64,000 bases of DNA, from assembly GCA_963820825.1 (NCBI GenBank), contig CAWGBN010000007.1, positions 1 to 64,000 of the forward strand, written 5' to 3'. The notes beneath the pieces are model-generated. The model searched no databases, was not told where the DNA came from, and worked only from the letters and a program-made list of their open reading frames with translations. Position numbers and translations under genes: made by a program. This document shows positions 37,780 through 50,918 of the stretch, one piece after another; within the stretch, counting starts at the first letter, position 1, and each line of letters opens with the position of its first letter. The DNA comes from Vulcanimicrobiota bacterium (lineage in GTDB: Bacteria > Vulcanimicrobiota > Vulcanimicrobiia > Vulcanimicrobiales > Vulcanimicrobiaceae).

Positions 37780-39209
37780 CCGGCGCCGGCATCGCGCTTT
37801 CGATCGTTGCCGTCGTGGTGCTCGGCACGATCGTCTTTGCGTTGCTCGCCGTCGGCCGCGTCAAGATGGATCCGCAGCAATATATCGTCGGCGGCCGCTC
37901 CTTCGGGACGCTCTTTCTCTGGGTGCTCCTCGCCGGCGAGATCTACACCACCTTTACGTTTTTGGGCATCGCTGGGCTCTCGTATTCGCAAGGCGCGCCG
38001 GCCTTCTACATCATGGTCTACGGCACTGTCGCATACATCATCGGCTACTTCCTCACTCCCGCGGTCTGGCGCGTCGGCAAAGAACGCAACCTGCTCACCG
38101 GTCCAGACTTTTTCGAAACCCAGTACCAAAGCCGTACGTTGGGCGTGGCGATTGCGATTCTGCAGTTTGTGATGATCGTGCCCTACGTCGCGCTGCAGTT
38201 GAGCGGATTGCAGATTCTCTTGCGAATCGCCGGCTATGGCGCGTACGACGCGACCGTCTCGGTCTGCATCGCCTTCTTGGTGCTCGCCCTCTTCGTCTTC
38301 AGCGCCGGATTACGCGGCACGGCGTGGGCAAGCGTGGTCAAAGACATCTTCGTGCTCGCCGCGGTCGCCTTCGCCGGCCTTGCAATCCCCATTCGCTTCT
38401 TCGGCTCGCCGGCGGCGATGTTCGACCGGGTCGCGCAGCTCCATCCGCAGACGCTCGTGCTGCCGTCGGGCAGCGCCTTTCACGGGACCGTCTGGTTCGT
38501 CACCACCGTGCTGCTCTCGGGGATCGGCTTCTTCATGGGGCCGCAATCCTGGAATGCAATCTTCAGCGCACGCAGCGGCGACACGCTGCGCCGCAACGCA
38601 ATGCTCCTCCCCTTCTACCAATGCTTCTTGAGCCTGATGATCTTCGCCGGTTTCTCCGCTGCGTTGATCGCCCCGGGGTTGAAAGGAACCGCCGTCGATC
38701 AATCGTTCTTGCTGGTCGTGCAGCATCACTATCCGCCGTGGATCCTCGGCTTCGTCGCCTCGGCGGGAGCGCTCGCCGCGCTGATTCCCGCTTCGGCGCT
38801 GCTGCTCGCCGGCGCCAGCGTTATCACCAAGAACGTCGCCGGCGATGCGTTCGGCATTGCGACCAGCGATCGCGCGCGAACGATGCTCACCCGTGTGCTC
38901 GTGCTTGTCGTCGCGGTGCTCGCCCTCGGCGTCTGGCTCACCTCGCAGAAGACCGTCGTGGAACTGCTCTTGCTCTACTACAACGGCATCACCCAGTTCG
39001 CGCCGGGCACGATCGCAGCGTTCGTCTGGCGACGTGCCAACGCGTGGAGCGTCGGCGCCGGACTCTTCACCGGATTGGCAGTGGCCGTTCCGCTCGCCGC
39101 ACTCAGCATTAATCCGTGGGGCCTCAACCCCGGCCTTCTCGCCCTTGTGGCGAACGCCGGCGTCTTACTCATCGTCTCGCTCATCTGGCCGAAACCGGAG
39201 GAATCGTGA
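37776..39209 (+). CDS. Sodium:solute symporter family protein
   Basis: YIVGGRSFG, GEIYTTFTFLG, GLRG.AW, many TM segments. Confidence 0.92.
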   Translation: MTGAGIALSIVAVVVLGTIVFALLAVGRVKMDPQQYIVGGRSFGTLFLWVLLAGEIYTTFTFLGIAGLSYSQGAPAFYIMVYGTVAYIIGYFLTPAVWRVGKERNLLTGPDFFETQYQSRTLGVAIAILQFVMIVPYVALQLSGLQILLRIAGYGAYDATVSVCIAFLVLALFVFSAGLRGTAWASVVKDIFVLAAVAFAGLAIPIRFFGSPAAMFDRVAQLHPQTLVLPSGSAFHGTVWFVTTVLLSGIGFFMGPQSWNAIFSARSGDTLRRNAMLLPFYQCFLSLMIFAGFSAALIAPGLKGTAVDQSFLLVVQHHYPPWILGFVASAGALAALIPASALLLAGASVITKNVAGDAFGIATSDRARTMLTRVLVLVVAVLALGVWLTSQKTVVELLLLYYNGITQFAPGTIAAFVWRRANAWSVGAGLFTGLAVAVPLAALSINPWGLNPGLLALVANAGVLLIVSLIWPKPEES

Positions 39210-40029
39210 AGCACGTAACACTAGCCACCGCGCTGCTTTCGTTTTGTTCGTGCAACCGGCGATCGCACAGCAGTCAACGCCCTCACCGCAGCCCTCTCCC
39301 GCATCGCGGCAGCAGCTCGCGGCCATCACCCAGCGAGGGCGACCTCTCGACGCCTACGATCGAGCGGCATGGCATGGAACGGATGCCGCAGTGGCCATCG
39401 CCGGCAAGGATACAACCGGATCTGCAGTACTACATCGCTCGTCAGACGCCCAGCGCCTGGGCCCTAGATTTCGGCAGGCCCGATCCCACCGGAACGTCCT
39501 TCCTTACCACCTACGAAGCCGTCAGTTCCGACGGTCTGCAGTTCACGGCGACGCGCCTTACCCCCGCGAGAAGCGATTCGGGATTTCTGCCCGCAGCGGC
39601 CCACGCAATCGCGACGGCCGAAGCGGTCTTCAAGCCCGTTTCCGGCTTCCGCTACAACGCCGCCGTACTTCCGAATCCGGACGGCACGATGTACGTCTAT
39701 CTCTATCCCGCGCAGACCGATCCGAAGATCTTTCCGCTCGGCGGCGACGAGCGATTCACGGTCTCAGCCGACGGTACGAACCTGCTCGAAAGTCACCGCA
39801 TGCACAATAGCGTTCTCGCTCTACCGGTCGATGCCGGCCTTCCCACCGGAACGCGGTTGAGCGCGGGCTTCCATACGGTCGTCGTTGAAAACGTGCCGCA
39901 GGAATACCGACGTCTTTCACGAGCTTGCTCGAAAGCCGTCGATGCCCGTTCACGTTAACGCGCAAAGCATACTCTAGGACATCACCGTGGAGGGGGCCGA
40001 TTGATTATGCGCCTCCTCCCAAACCGTAA
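39206..40029 (+). pseudogene. Secreted hypothetical protein gene with several frameshifts
   Basis: RBS GGAGG and GTG; protein-like segments alternate between frames near 39243, 39420 and 39903 (AWHGTDA, LGGDERF, HRMH). Confidence 0.65.
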
Positions 40030-40050
40030 CGACGCTCAGCATCACTCCGT

Positions 40051-40125
40051 CCTTCGACTCGCTGCGCTCGCTCAGGAGCGCTCCGCTCAGGATGACACCA
40101 CTATGTGCGTGTTCAGGATGACACC
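40051..40125 (+). repeat. REP-like element CCTTCGAC...GCTCAGGATGACA (compound copy)
   Basis: Same ends as copies at 41448, 45328, 59942 and 63774; extra TCAGGATGACACC half-units. Confidence 0.8.
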
Positions 40126-40165
40126 AACTGAGCCCGCGTACCGATGACGACCTTCTCTCAAAAAA

Positions 40166-40198
40166 GGAAAGGGCGGCGCAACTGCGCCGCCCTTTTTG
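40166..40198. terminator. Intrinsic terminator between convergent genes
   Basis: AAAGGGCGGCGCA-AC-TGCGCCGCCCTTTTT. Confidence 0.85.
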
Positions 40199-40219
40199 TA
40201 ACGAGGATCGTACCGTAGG

Positions 40220-41287
40220 TTACAGGTTGATGACCGAGTTCTTGCTATCGACTGCCGCCGCCGGACTGGTAAGCCCGTTTGCGCTGCCGAGCGTCGCGAC
40301 GCTCGAGCCACTCGGATAAGCGAGAACTTGAACGACCGCGGCGCCCAAATCGGCGACGTAGGCGCGGTCATTGCGCATGTCGATCGTCACGTGGAACGGA
40401 TCGGAATATCCCGAGCCCAGCGTTCCGGTGATGCTGGTGTACGGCGGCCCAGCGATGACATCGACCACGGGACCCGAACCGGTGCCGACCTGGTCGCAGA
40501 CGACGAGCCGGCCTCGCTTGTCGAGAACCATGCCGCCGGCAAAGCCGAACGTGATCGGAAGCACGGTACTGTTGTTGCAGTTCGCGAATCCGCCACCGGA
40601 ATTAGTATGTGTATACTCGATGATGTTGGCGCCGCCCGCGGGATTGTTGTAGTACACGAACACGTTGAGGTGCCGGTCGACCGCAACGCCTTCGACGTTG
40701 CCGCCGGGCGAGCAGCTCGCGATGACCGTGTTGCTCTGCTGGGCGTACTCGTTGACGTAGCCGCCGCCGCTCACCGTGTAGTTAAAGTCGGCTTCGTAGA
40801 CGTTGTTGTTCTTGTCGGTCGTCACGCCGACCGGGTCGGCCATGCCGTTGCTATAGGTGTAGAGCAGATTGCCCGACGTATTGTACTCGGTGATGTACGG
40901 GCCGGCATAGTTCGCAACGTAGAGGTTTCCGGGGATCCGGTCGACCCAATTGCCGTCTGGACCGTTGAGTCCGCTGCTGATGGGCGCAAGGCTGCTGAAG
41001 TTCGAGTACTTCAGCCGCTCGACCAGGCCGCTCCCGAAGTCGGAGACGAAAATTGACCGCGGCGCGAACGCGTCGCCTCGTACGTGTTGGGCGGTCTGAT
41101 GGCTGTGCCCAACCATCCCGAGGAACTTGGGTGCGACGCCGGAGCGAGCCGGATCGAAGCGATTGACGCCCTGGCTCGCGCCCGCCGACGGCAGCCCGGC
41201 GCTGCTGCTCTGCGAGCCGCTGCCGGAGCACGCCGCTAACAGCATGGCTGCGCCCGCAGCAAGTAATAAAGCTCGTTGTTTTCTCAC
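40220..41287 (-). CDS. Beta-propeller (NHL-like) lipoprotein
   Basis: RBS GGAG; lipobox LAAC; GNLYVAN, NNVYEAD, RAYVAD repeats. Confidence 0.85.
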   Translation of the reverse strand: MRKQRALLLAAGAAMLLAACSGSGSQSSSAGLPSAGASQGVNRFDPARSGVAPKFLGMVGHSHQTAQHVRGDAFAPRSIFVSDFGSGLVERLKYSNFSSLAPISSGLNGPDGNWVDRIPGNLYVANYAGPYITEYNTSGNLLYTYSNGMADPVGVTTDKNNNVYEADFNYTVSGGGYVNEYAQQSNTVIASCSPGGNVEGVAVDRHLNVFVYYNNPAGGANIIEYTHTNSGGGFANCNNSTVLPITFGFAGGMVLDKRGRLVVCDQVGTGSGPVVDVIAGPPYTSITGTLGSGYSDPFHVTIDMRNDRAYVADLGAAVVQVLAYPSGSSVATLGSANGLTSPAAAVDSKNSVINL

Positions 41288-41412
41288 GAGATTAGCTCCC
41301 TATTGAATAGTGAGTGCTCTTGTGGTAGGTTCGTCGCTCCTCTAAAGAAGCGGGGGGCCAATCGCGTTCGTGGCCACGCAAGGGGCTCCTTTGTATTAAA
41401 ATGAGCAAGCAA

Positions 41413-41439
41413 GAGGCCCCGCATCGCTGCGGGGCCTTC
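41413..41439 (-). terminator. Probable terminator hairpin after rpoC
   Basis: AGGCCCCGCA-tcgc-TGCGGGGCCT stem; only a partial U tract on the minus strand. Confidence 0.7.
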
Positions 41440-41447
41440 GCCTTCGT

Positions 41448-41506
41448 CCTTCGACTCCGCGCTTGCGGCGCTTCGCTCAGGATGACACCGTGCTGATGAC
41501 ACCGTG
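41448..41506 (+). repeat. REP-like element with duplicated GATGACACCGTGCT tail
   Basis: CCTTCGACTCCGCGCTTGCGGCGCTTCGCTCAGGATGACACC directly after the rpoC stop. Confidence 0.8.
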
Positions 41507-45298
<3,792 letters not shown>

Positions 45299-45327
45299 GA
45301 GTCGAATTCCTCAACGTTGCCCCCGAC

Positions 45328-45352
45328 GGTGTCACCCTGAGCTTGTCGAAGG
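45328..45352 (-). repeat. Minimal REP-like element inside the rpoC 5' leader
   Basis: Reverse complement CCTTCGACAAGCTCAGGGTGACACC. Confidence 0.75.
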
Positions 45353-45439
45353 GGCGCCGTAGCTTACGCAGGGAAGTCGCGTCTCACGTCGTCACGTAAG
45401 GGTTCCCACCGTCGCCGCCGGCACGGGGCACAGTCCGAT

Positions 45440-45448
45440 AGTTTACCA
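45440..45448 (-). promoter_or_regulatory. Putative extended -10 promoter of rpoC
   Basis: TGgTAAACT about 140 nt upstream of the rpoC start. Confidence 0.5.
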
Positions 45449-45507
45449 TAGCCGCGCAACCGTGTCACGCCCAGATTCCTCAAAGCAAGGCTGGGTACGA
45501 CCTCTCC

Positions 45508-46011
45508 ATGAGAATAGGAATCGTAGGCTCTGATGACCGCGCGAAGGCAATCGGCCGCCTTCTTCGTAGCGGGGGCCACCAACTCACCTTTGCCGATCCC
45601 AGCGCCCAGGAACGCGCCAAGCAGGCGGCGGCCGAACTCGGCGCCCGCGCCGAGATACCCTACCGGCAGGCCATGCGCGCCGAACTGCTCATGCTTGCGG
45701 TCCCCCGCCAAGAAGTCGACCGCGCCGTACAGGCCGTCGGCTCGGGCGTCGGCGCGGTGATCGTTGACGCCATCGAGGCGGAACGTGGCAACGGTGCGCA
45801 CAGCGGCGCCGAGATGCTCGCCGCCAAGCTGGATTCACACCGCGTTGTCCGCGCGCTGATCAACATGCCGCAGCAAGGCGCGAATATTCCGATCTGCGGA
45901 GACGACCCGACATCCAAAGGTCTGGTCGATCGTGCGCTCCACTCGTGCGGCTGCGTCACGACCGACCGCGGGCCTCTCGCCAATGCGACGGAGCTCGAAG
46001 CTCCCGTCTAA
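45508..46011 (+). CDS. NAD(P)-binding Rossmann protein (F420:NADP oxidoreductase-like)
   Basis: MRIGIVGS, LAVP, SGAE.LA..L....VVRA, ICGDD, D.G.L..A.ELE. Confidence 0.75.
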   Translation: MRIGIVGSDDRAKAIGRLLRSGGHQLTFADPSAQERAKQAAAELGARAEIPYRQAMRAELLMLAVPRQEVDRAVQAVGSGVGAVIVDAIEAERGNGAHSGAEMLAAKLDSHRVVRALINMPQQGANIPICGDDPTSKGLVDRALHSCGCVTTDRGPLANATELEAPV

Positions 46012-46023
46012 GAACGCCTCCGC

Positions 46024-46254
46024 TTAAGAAGAACGCTTCCGCTTCGGGACTTTAGCCCCGGAGCGGCGCGCTTCGCTCAAACCGATCGCAATCGCTTGCT
46101 TTCGGCTTTTTACTTTCTTTCCGGAGCGCCCCGACTTGAGCTCGCCGCGCTTCATCTCGTGCATCGCACGCTTCACCTTGCGCCCGGCCGTGGGGCCGTA
46201 TTTCCGGGTGCTCTTCTTCTTGCGCGTGCTCGCGCTCTTCTTGCGTGCCGCCAT
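46024..46254 (-). CDS. Small basic DUF6496-like protein
   Basis: KV..AMHE.K.G.LKSG.SGKKV.SRKQAIAIGLSEAR..G.K.P. Confidence 0.85.
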   Translation of the reverse strand: MAARKKSASTRKKKSTRKYGPTAGRKVKRAMHEMKRGELKSGRSGKKVKSRKQAIAIGLSEARRSGAKVPKRKRSS

Positions 46255-46412
46255 TACGTCCGCAGCCCCCGTCCGGTGAGCAGATTTACGACGATGAGGA
46301 TGACCGCGACGAGCAAGATCAGGTGAATGAGACCGCCCAGGTGAAACGCCATGAACCCAAGCAGCCAGAGGATGAAGAGTATCACGATGATTGCCCAGAG
46401 TATGCCTGCCAA
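46254..46412 (-). CDS. lmo0937-family small membrane protein (52 aa; not in ORF track)
   Basis: RBS AGGAGG, TTG; MAGILWAIIVILFILWLLGFMAFHLGGLIHLILLVAVILIVVNLLTGRGLRT. Confidence 0.88.
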   Translation of the reverse strand: MAGILWAIIVILFILWLLGFMAFHLGGLIHLILLVAVILIVVNLLTGRGLRT

Positions 46413-46498
46413 ATTTGCCTCCTACTTCAGCGTGCGGCCTATCGTATGCCGCCCTTCGTTGCAAGCGTTCTTCCCCAAAAGTGGCGGCATCGAATCAG

Positions 46499-47191
46499 CT
46501 ACAGGTCGAAGTAACTCGCACAAATCGGGTAGCATTCACAGGCGAATGCTTCGAGACGCGCGCGATCGGTGATGCGCACCTCGCCGCGTCCGCTCTCCAG
46601 ACAACCGGCTTCGCGCAGCGACGTCAACACGGCCGTCACGGTAGGCCGCTGGACGCCGAGCATCATACTCAATCGCTCGTGCGTCATCGGAAACTCGAGA
46701 ATCCGCGTGCGGTCGACCGTCATCAAGAACCAGCGCGCGCAGCGCTGCTCCACGCGGTGCAGGCGATTGCACGCGATCAGCTGTGCGAGCATCGAGCAAT
46801 ACCCGCCCGCATAATGCAGCAGCGCGGTTTGAAGCCCTTCGTCGTCCTTCACCGCCTTGCGTACCGTGGCGACCGGCGCTGCGAACGCCGTGCCCGGCAT
46901 TTGGCACACGTGCCGCGCCGAGGCGGCGCCGCCGTTGCGCAGAATCGCGTCGAGTCCCGCCACGCCCTCGCGGCCGGCCATCCCAACCTCGGCGGCCGAA
47001 CCGTCCTGCATCACTTGAATGATCGATACCACGGACGAGAGCGGAAAGAAGAGCCGCTCGATTTTGGCGCCCGCTTCGTAGAGCACGTGGCCGTCGCCGA
47101 AGGTAATGGGCTCGAGCGCACGAGAAAGAGTGCTTCCCCGCTCTCTCGAGAGCTTTGAAAGGACCTGGTTGGTATGGTCGATCAGTTGCAC
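46499..47191 (-). CDS. Crp/Fnr family transcriptional regulator
   Basis: cNMP-like domain EVGM.G.EG; CNRLH.VEQR.ARW.L; THE.L..MLGV.R.TVT HTH; CECY. Confidence 0.92.
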   Translation of the reverse strand: MQLIDHTNQVLSKLSRERGSTLSRALEPITFGDGHVLYEAGAKIERLFFPLSSVVSIIQVMQDGSAAEVGMAGREGVAGLDAILRNGGAASARHVCQMPGTAFAAPVATVRKAVKDDEGLQTALLHYAGGYCSMLAQLIACNRLHRVEQRCARWFLMTVDRTRILEFPMTHERLSMMLGVQRPTVTAVLTSLREAGCLESGRGEVRITDRARLEAFACECYPICASYFDL

Positions 47192-47219
47192 GCAAGCTAG
47201 GTTTCCCAACCGGCTGCCA

Positions 47220-49613
47220 ATGAAACGACTAAACGAGCGAGAGCTATCGCCGGCCGCTGCGCAGCGCGCGCTACACTCCATTCGCGCGGTCATGGCTCGC
47301 ACGTGCGACGCGGTCTGGCAGGCCGATGCGGGCGGCGCGATCACCGGCATTACCCCCTGTCGTCCCAGCGAGCCCAGCGGAGAGGGCGCGCTCGAAGAGG
47401 GCGAGGTACAGCGCGTTGAGCAGCTCTGGCGCCGCTGCGTCCGCTGCGCCGAGCGCTTCAACGCGGTCTACCACGCCTACACCGCCGGCATCTCGCCGCG
47501 CACCTTCGCCCTGACGGCCGTCCCGGTGCTCGACAATCGCGACGCCGTGCTCTACTGGTCGGGCACGGCCACCGAGGTCGCTCGCTCTGCCGATCCAGGT
47601 AACCAGTTCATCTCGGAAGCGGCGGCGATGCTCTCGTCGTCGCTCAGCCGGGTAACGATCGTCAATCGGCTGCTCGAAACGTCGGTCGAGCATTTTAGCG
47701 ATTTTGCCGCCGTTCATCGCGTCGAGAGCGATGGAACAATCCATCTCGAGGCCACCGCCGATCGGCGCAAGCAGATCTCCCGCGCGAGCGCCGCGCTCGA
47801 AAAAGCGGTGGGAGAGGTGATCCGCACGCGACAACCGCTGCTGCTCTCCGCTCCGCTGCACGCCCTTGAAGCCGGCGCGCGTTCGATGATCGTTATTCCG
47901 CTCTTCGCCGGGACTCATGCGTTCGGCGCGCTGAGCTTCGTCGAATCCGAGCGCGCTTCCAGTTTCGCCGCGCACGACGTCAACGTCGCCGCGATCGTCG
48001 CGCGCCAGCTCACGATGGCGCTCGAAAACATCAAGACATTCGAACGCGAGCGCGAGATCACCGAGCGCTTTCGCTTCATCGCTCGCGTCACCGAAAAACT
48101 CTTCGATACGCTCGATACCGCTCAAACGCTGCAGTTGGTCGTCGAAGGGCTCCACGGCGGCTTCGCCGATCAAGCCGTTGCCGCAACCCTGACCGAGGGC
48201 AACTTGCGAATCGTCGCGGCGGCGGGAACGAAGGCGCGATTTCGCGAGGGCTCCGAACGCAAGATCGTGGCTGCTTTGCGCGAACGGCGCGCGATTCGCA
48301 GCGATGCCGTCGGTCGAATGGGTCCGCTTTTGGACCCCGAGCACCCGCGCTCGTGGATGATGGTGCCGCTCTTCACCGGTGACACGGTCTTCGGGGCGAT
48401 CGTCGTCTGTTCGAGCGCCCAGTACTACGACTCCGGCGAACTCGAGCTCCTCCAAGAGATCGGCCGGCGGACGTCGCTGGCGTTGGATCACGCGGAGAGC
48501 TTTGCCCGCGAGCGCCGCCTCATCCAAACACTGCAGCAGGCGACGCTGCCGGTGCGATTGGCGCAGATCGAGGGAGCCTCGCTGAGCGCGGTCTATCGTC
48601 CCGCCGCGTATGAAGTTCAGGTCGGCGGGGATTGGTACGACGCGTTCGACCTCGACGACCATCGCATACTGCTGACGGTTGGTGACGTGACCGGGCACGG
48701 ACTCGAGGCGTCGATCGTCATGGGCAAGCTCCGCCACGCGATCAACGTCGTGGCGATGTATGAGCCCGATCCGGTGCGCATTCTCGATGCCGCCGAGCGG
48801 ATTCTGGTGCGCCGGTTTCCCGGCTCCGTAGCGACCGCATTCGTCGCAGTCTTCGACTCGCGTCGCCGCACCGTGACCTATGCAAACGCCGGGCACCCGT
48901 ATCCGCTTCTCCGCCGAAACGACGGATCGCTCAAAGAGCTCGAAGCCGACGGCCTGCCGATCGGACTGCGCCACGTCCGTCCGAACGTCGCGTCGGTTAC
49001 GGAATCCCTCGCCGATGCATCCTTGATCGCGCTCTACACCGACGGCTTGACCGAGGCCACTCGCGATATGTTCGCGGGCGAGCGTCTCCTGCGAGAAGCC
49101 GTGAGCAGCGACGCGATCTTCTACGTCGAGAGTCCCGCCCTGTTCGTCGAGAAGTTCTGCATGCGCGAGCCATCGCGCGATGATGTCGCGGTGCTCATCG
49201 TGAACTTCGTCGAATCGCAGCGCTGGACGTTCGATTCGAGCAACTGGCGCGCCGCGCGCCGCGCGCGCCGCGAGTTCGCCGAGAGCCTTGCGAGCGCGGC
49301 CGAGCCCGAGGCCGACCTCCGGGCGGCAGAGCTTATCTTCGGAGAACTAGCGGCGAACGTCGCACAGCACGCCGGCGGGCCTATCGAGGCCGCGCTCGAG
49401 TGGCGCGGCACCCACGCCGTGCTCCACATCACCGATCGCGGCGAAGGATACGCATCGACCAAGCGCAAGGCCGCCGATCTGCTCACCGAAAGTGGGCGCG
49501 GTCTCTGGCTCGTTCAGCGCCTCGGCGCGCAGTTGAGTGTCGAAGTGCTCCCCGGCTTCGGCACCCACGTTCGCGCCGAGCTGCCCATCAAGCGCCCGAG
49601 TAACGTCAGGTAG
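47220..49613 (+). CDS. PAS/GAF/GAF, SpoIIE-type PP2C phosphatase and HATPase fusion protein
   Basis: VGGDWYD, VGDVTGHG, NAGHP, YTDGL.E, DDVA; C-terminal ELAANV..H, D.G.G, E.GRGL.LV. Confidence 0.92.
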   Translation: MKRLNERELSPAAAQRALHSIRAVMARTCDAVWQADAGGAITGITPCRPSEPSGEGALEEGEVQRVEQLWRRCVRCAERFNAVYHAYTAGISPRTFALTAVPVLDNRDAVLYWSGTATEVARSADPGNQFISEAAAMLSSSLSRVTIVNRLLETSVEHFSDFAAVHRVESDGTIHLEATADRRKQISRASAALEKAVGEVIRTRQPLLLSAPLHALEAGARSMIVIPLFAGTHAFGALSFVESERASSFAAHDVNVAAIVARQLTMALENIKTFEREREITERFRFIARVTEKLFDTLDTAQTLQLVVEGLHGGFADQAVAATLTEGNLRIVAAAGTKARFREGSERKIVAALRERRAIRSDAVGRMGPLLDPEHPRSWMMVPLFTGDTVFGAIVVCSSAQYYDSGELELLQEIGRRTSLALDHAESFARERRLIQTLQQATLPVRLAQIEGASLSAVYRPAAYEVQVGGDWYDAFDLDDHRILLTVGDVTGHGLEASIVMGKLRHAINVVAMYEPDPVRILDAAERILVRRFPGSVATAFVAVFDSRRRTVTYANAGHPYPLLRRNDGSLKELEADGLPIGLRHVRPNVASVTESLADASLIALYTDGLTEATRDMFAGERLLREAVSSDAIFYVESPALFVEKFCMREPSRDDVAVLIVNFVESQRWTFDSSNWRAARRARREFAESLASAAEPEADLRAAELIFGELAANVAQHAGGPIEAALEWRGTHAVLHITDRGEGYASTKRKAADLLTESGRGLWLVQRLGAQLSVEVLPGFGTHVRAELPIKRPSNVR

Positions 49614-49654
49614 CTGACCGACCAAACAGGCTCTGTTCGGGTAACCTCCCATCC

Positions 49655-49948
49655 ATGAGGGAGCTTAATGATGCCGCCGCGTCTCACCATATTGAGCTCG
49701 CCGGCGAGTACGATCTCGCGCGCAAGCCGGAGCTCGCAGCCGCGTTTGCGCCGATTACCCCGGGGACTCTGGTAACCATCGACATGCGAGCGGTCAGCTA
49801 CGTCGACTCGAGCTTTCTCACCGAGCTCGTCGCCATGCGCTTGCGTCTCCAGGAACGTTCGGTCACCCTGATCGGCGCGCAACCCAGCGTCGTTCGCGTC
49901 ATGCAGCTCGCGAAACTCGACCGCTTCTTCACCTTTCAGCGTGGGTAA
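49655..49948 (+). CDS. STAS domain anti-sigma factor antagonist
   Basis: L.GE.D, IDM..V.YVDSS.L..L, V.RV.QL..LD..F. Confidence 0.9.
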   Translation: MRELNDAAASHHIELAGEYDLARKPELAAAFAPITPGTLVTIDMRAVSYVDSSFLTELVAMRLRLQERSVTLIGAQPSVVRVMQLAKLDRFFTFQRG

Positions 49949-49957
49949 GCTCGCAAC

Positions 49958-50350
49958 ATGAGAACCACTTGGAAGCCGCACGAGAAACATGGGCGTCTAA
50001 CGCGCCAAAGCGATCTCCCCGATAGCGTCTACGCCTTTCCGAAGGAGCGCAAAGAGCCGTTGACCGACGCGCGACACGTTCGCAACGCGGTCGCGCGCTT
50101 CGACCAAGTGACCGGCGTATCCGACGCCGATCGCGAGCTCGCCTTCGCCAACATCAAGAAGGCTGCGCGCCACTACGGAATAGACATCTCCGAAACCTCG
50201 TCGCAGGAATTGGGCGAGCATCCGCAGGCCCATCGCAAGCAGAGCGCGCGCAAGGGTGTGGCGACGCGCAAACGCACCGGCGTTGCGAAGAAGGCGGCGC
50301 GCAAGGGTGCGGCGACTCGCAAAGCAGCGGCAACTCGAAAGCGGCGGTAA
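49958..50350 (+). CDS. DUF6582-like protein with Lys/Arg/Ala-rich tail
   Basis: Paralog of 18838..19098; ARKG.ATRK repeats. Confidence 0.82.
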   Translation: MRTTWKPHEKHGRLTRQSDLPDSVYAFPKERKEPLTDARHVRNAVARFDQVTGVSDADRELAFANIKKAARHYGIDISETSSQELGEHPQAHRKQSARKGVATRKRTGVAKKAARKGAATRKAAATRKRR

Positions 50351-50369
50351 TCTGGGTATACGTGCTCGC

Positions 50370-50918
50370 ATGAGCACGTTAGAAGGAACACGAATCGCCG
50401 TTCTCGCTACCGACGGTTTTGAAGAGAGCGAGCTGACGCAGCCCGTGCAGGCACTTCGCGAATCGGGCGCGACCGTCGAGGTCGTCTCGCAGAAGCGCGA
50501 GCCGATTCAGGGGTTCACGCACCACGACAAGAGCATCACGGTTGACGTCGATCTCACCCTCGATGAGGCCGACCCGGGCCGTTACGACGCGGTCCTGCTG
50601 CCCGGCGGAGCGCTTAACGCCGATGCAATGCGCGGCGATGCGAAAGCGCAGCGCTTCGTTCGACGCATGGACGCCGAGGGCAAGCCGATGGCCGTCATCT
50701 GCCACGCGCCGTGGCTGCTGGTCTCGGCGGGTCTCGCGCGCGGCCGCACCCTGACGAGCTGGCCGACCATTGCAGACGACGTCCGCAATGCCGGCGGAGA
50801 GTGGGTCGATCGCGAGGTCGTGGTGGACGAAAATCTGGTGACGAGCCGCGGACCACGCGATATTCCGGCATTCAACAAAGCCATCGGCGAACTGATCGGC
50901 TCGGACGGCGCGCGTTGA
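50370..50918 (+). CDS. PfpI/DJ-1 family protein (type 1 glutamine amidotransferase-like)
   Basis: DGFE..EL, LPGG..N.D, ICHAPW, NLVTSR.P.D. Confidence 0.93.
   Translation: MSTLEGTRIAVLATDGFEESELTQPVQALRESGATVEVVSQKREPIQGFTHHDKSITVDVDLTLDEADPGRYDAVLLPGGALNADAMRGDAKAQRFVRRMDAEGKPMAVICHAPWLLVSAGLARGRTLTSWPTIADDVRNAGGEWVDREVVVDENLVTSRGPRDIPAFNKAIGELIGSDGAR

Noticed and set aside
36930..38129. 399-aa extended LemA
   Set aside because: The extension is antisense to the DUF3311 and symporter genes; LemA homology begins at 37547.
40051..40125. Repeated TCAGGATGACACC units as a possible CRISPR array
   Set aside because: Units are too short, spacing is irregular, there are no cas genes, and they match the dispersed REP-like family.
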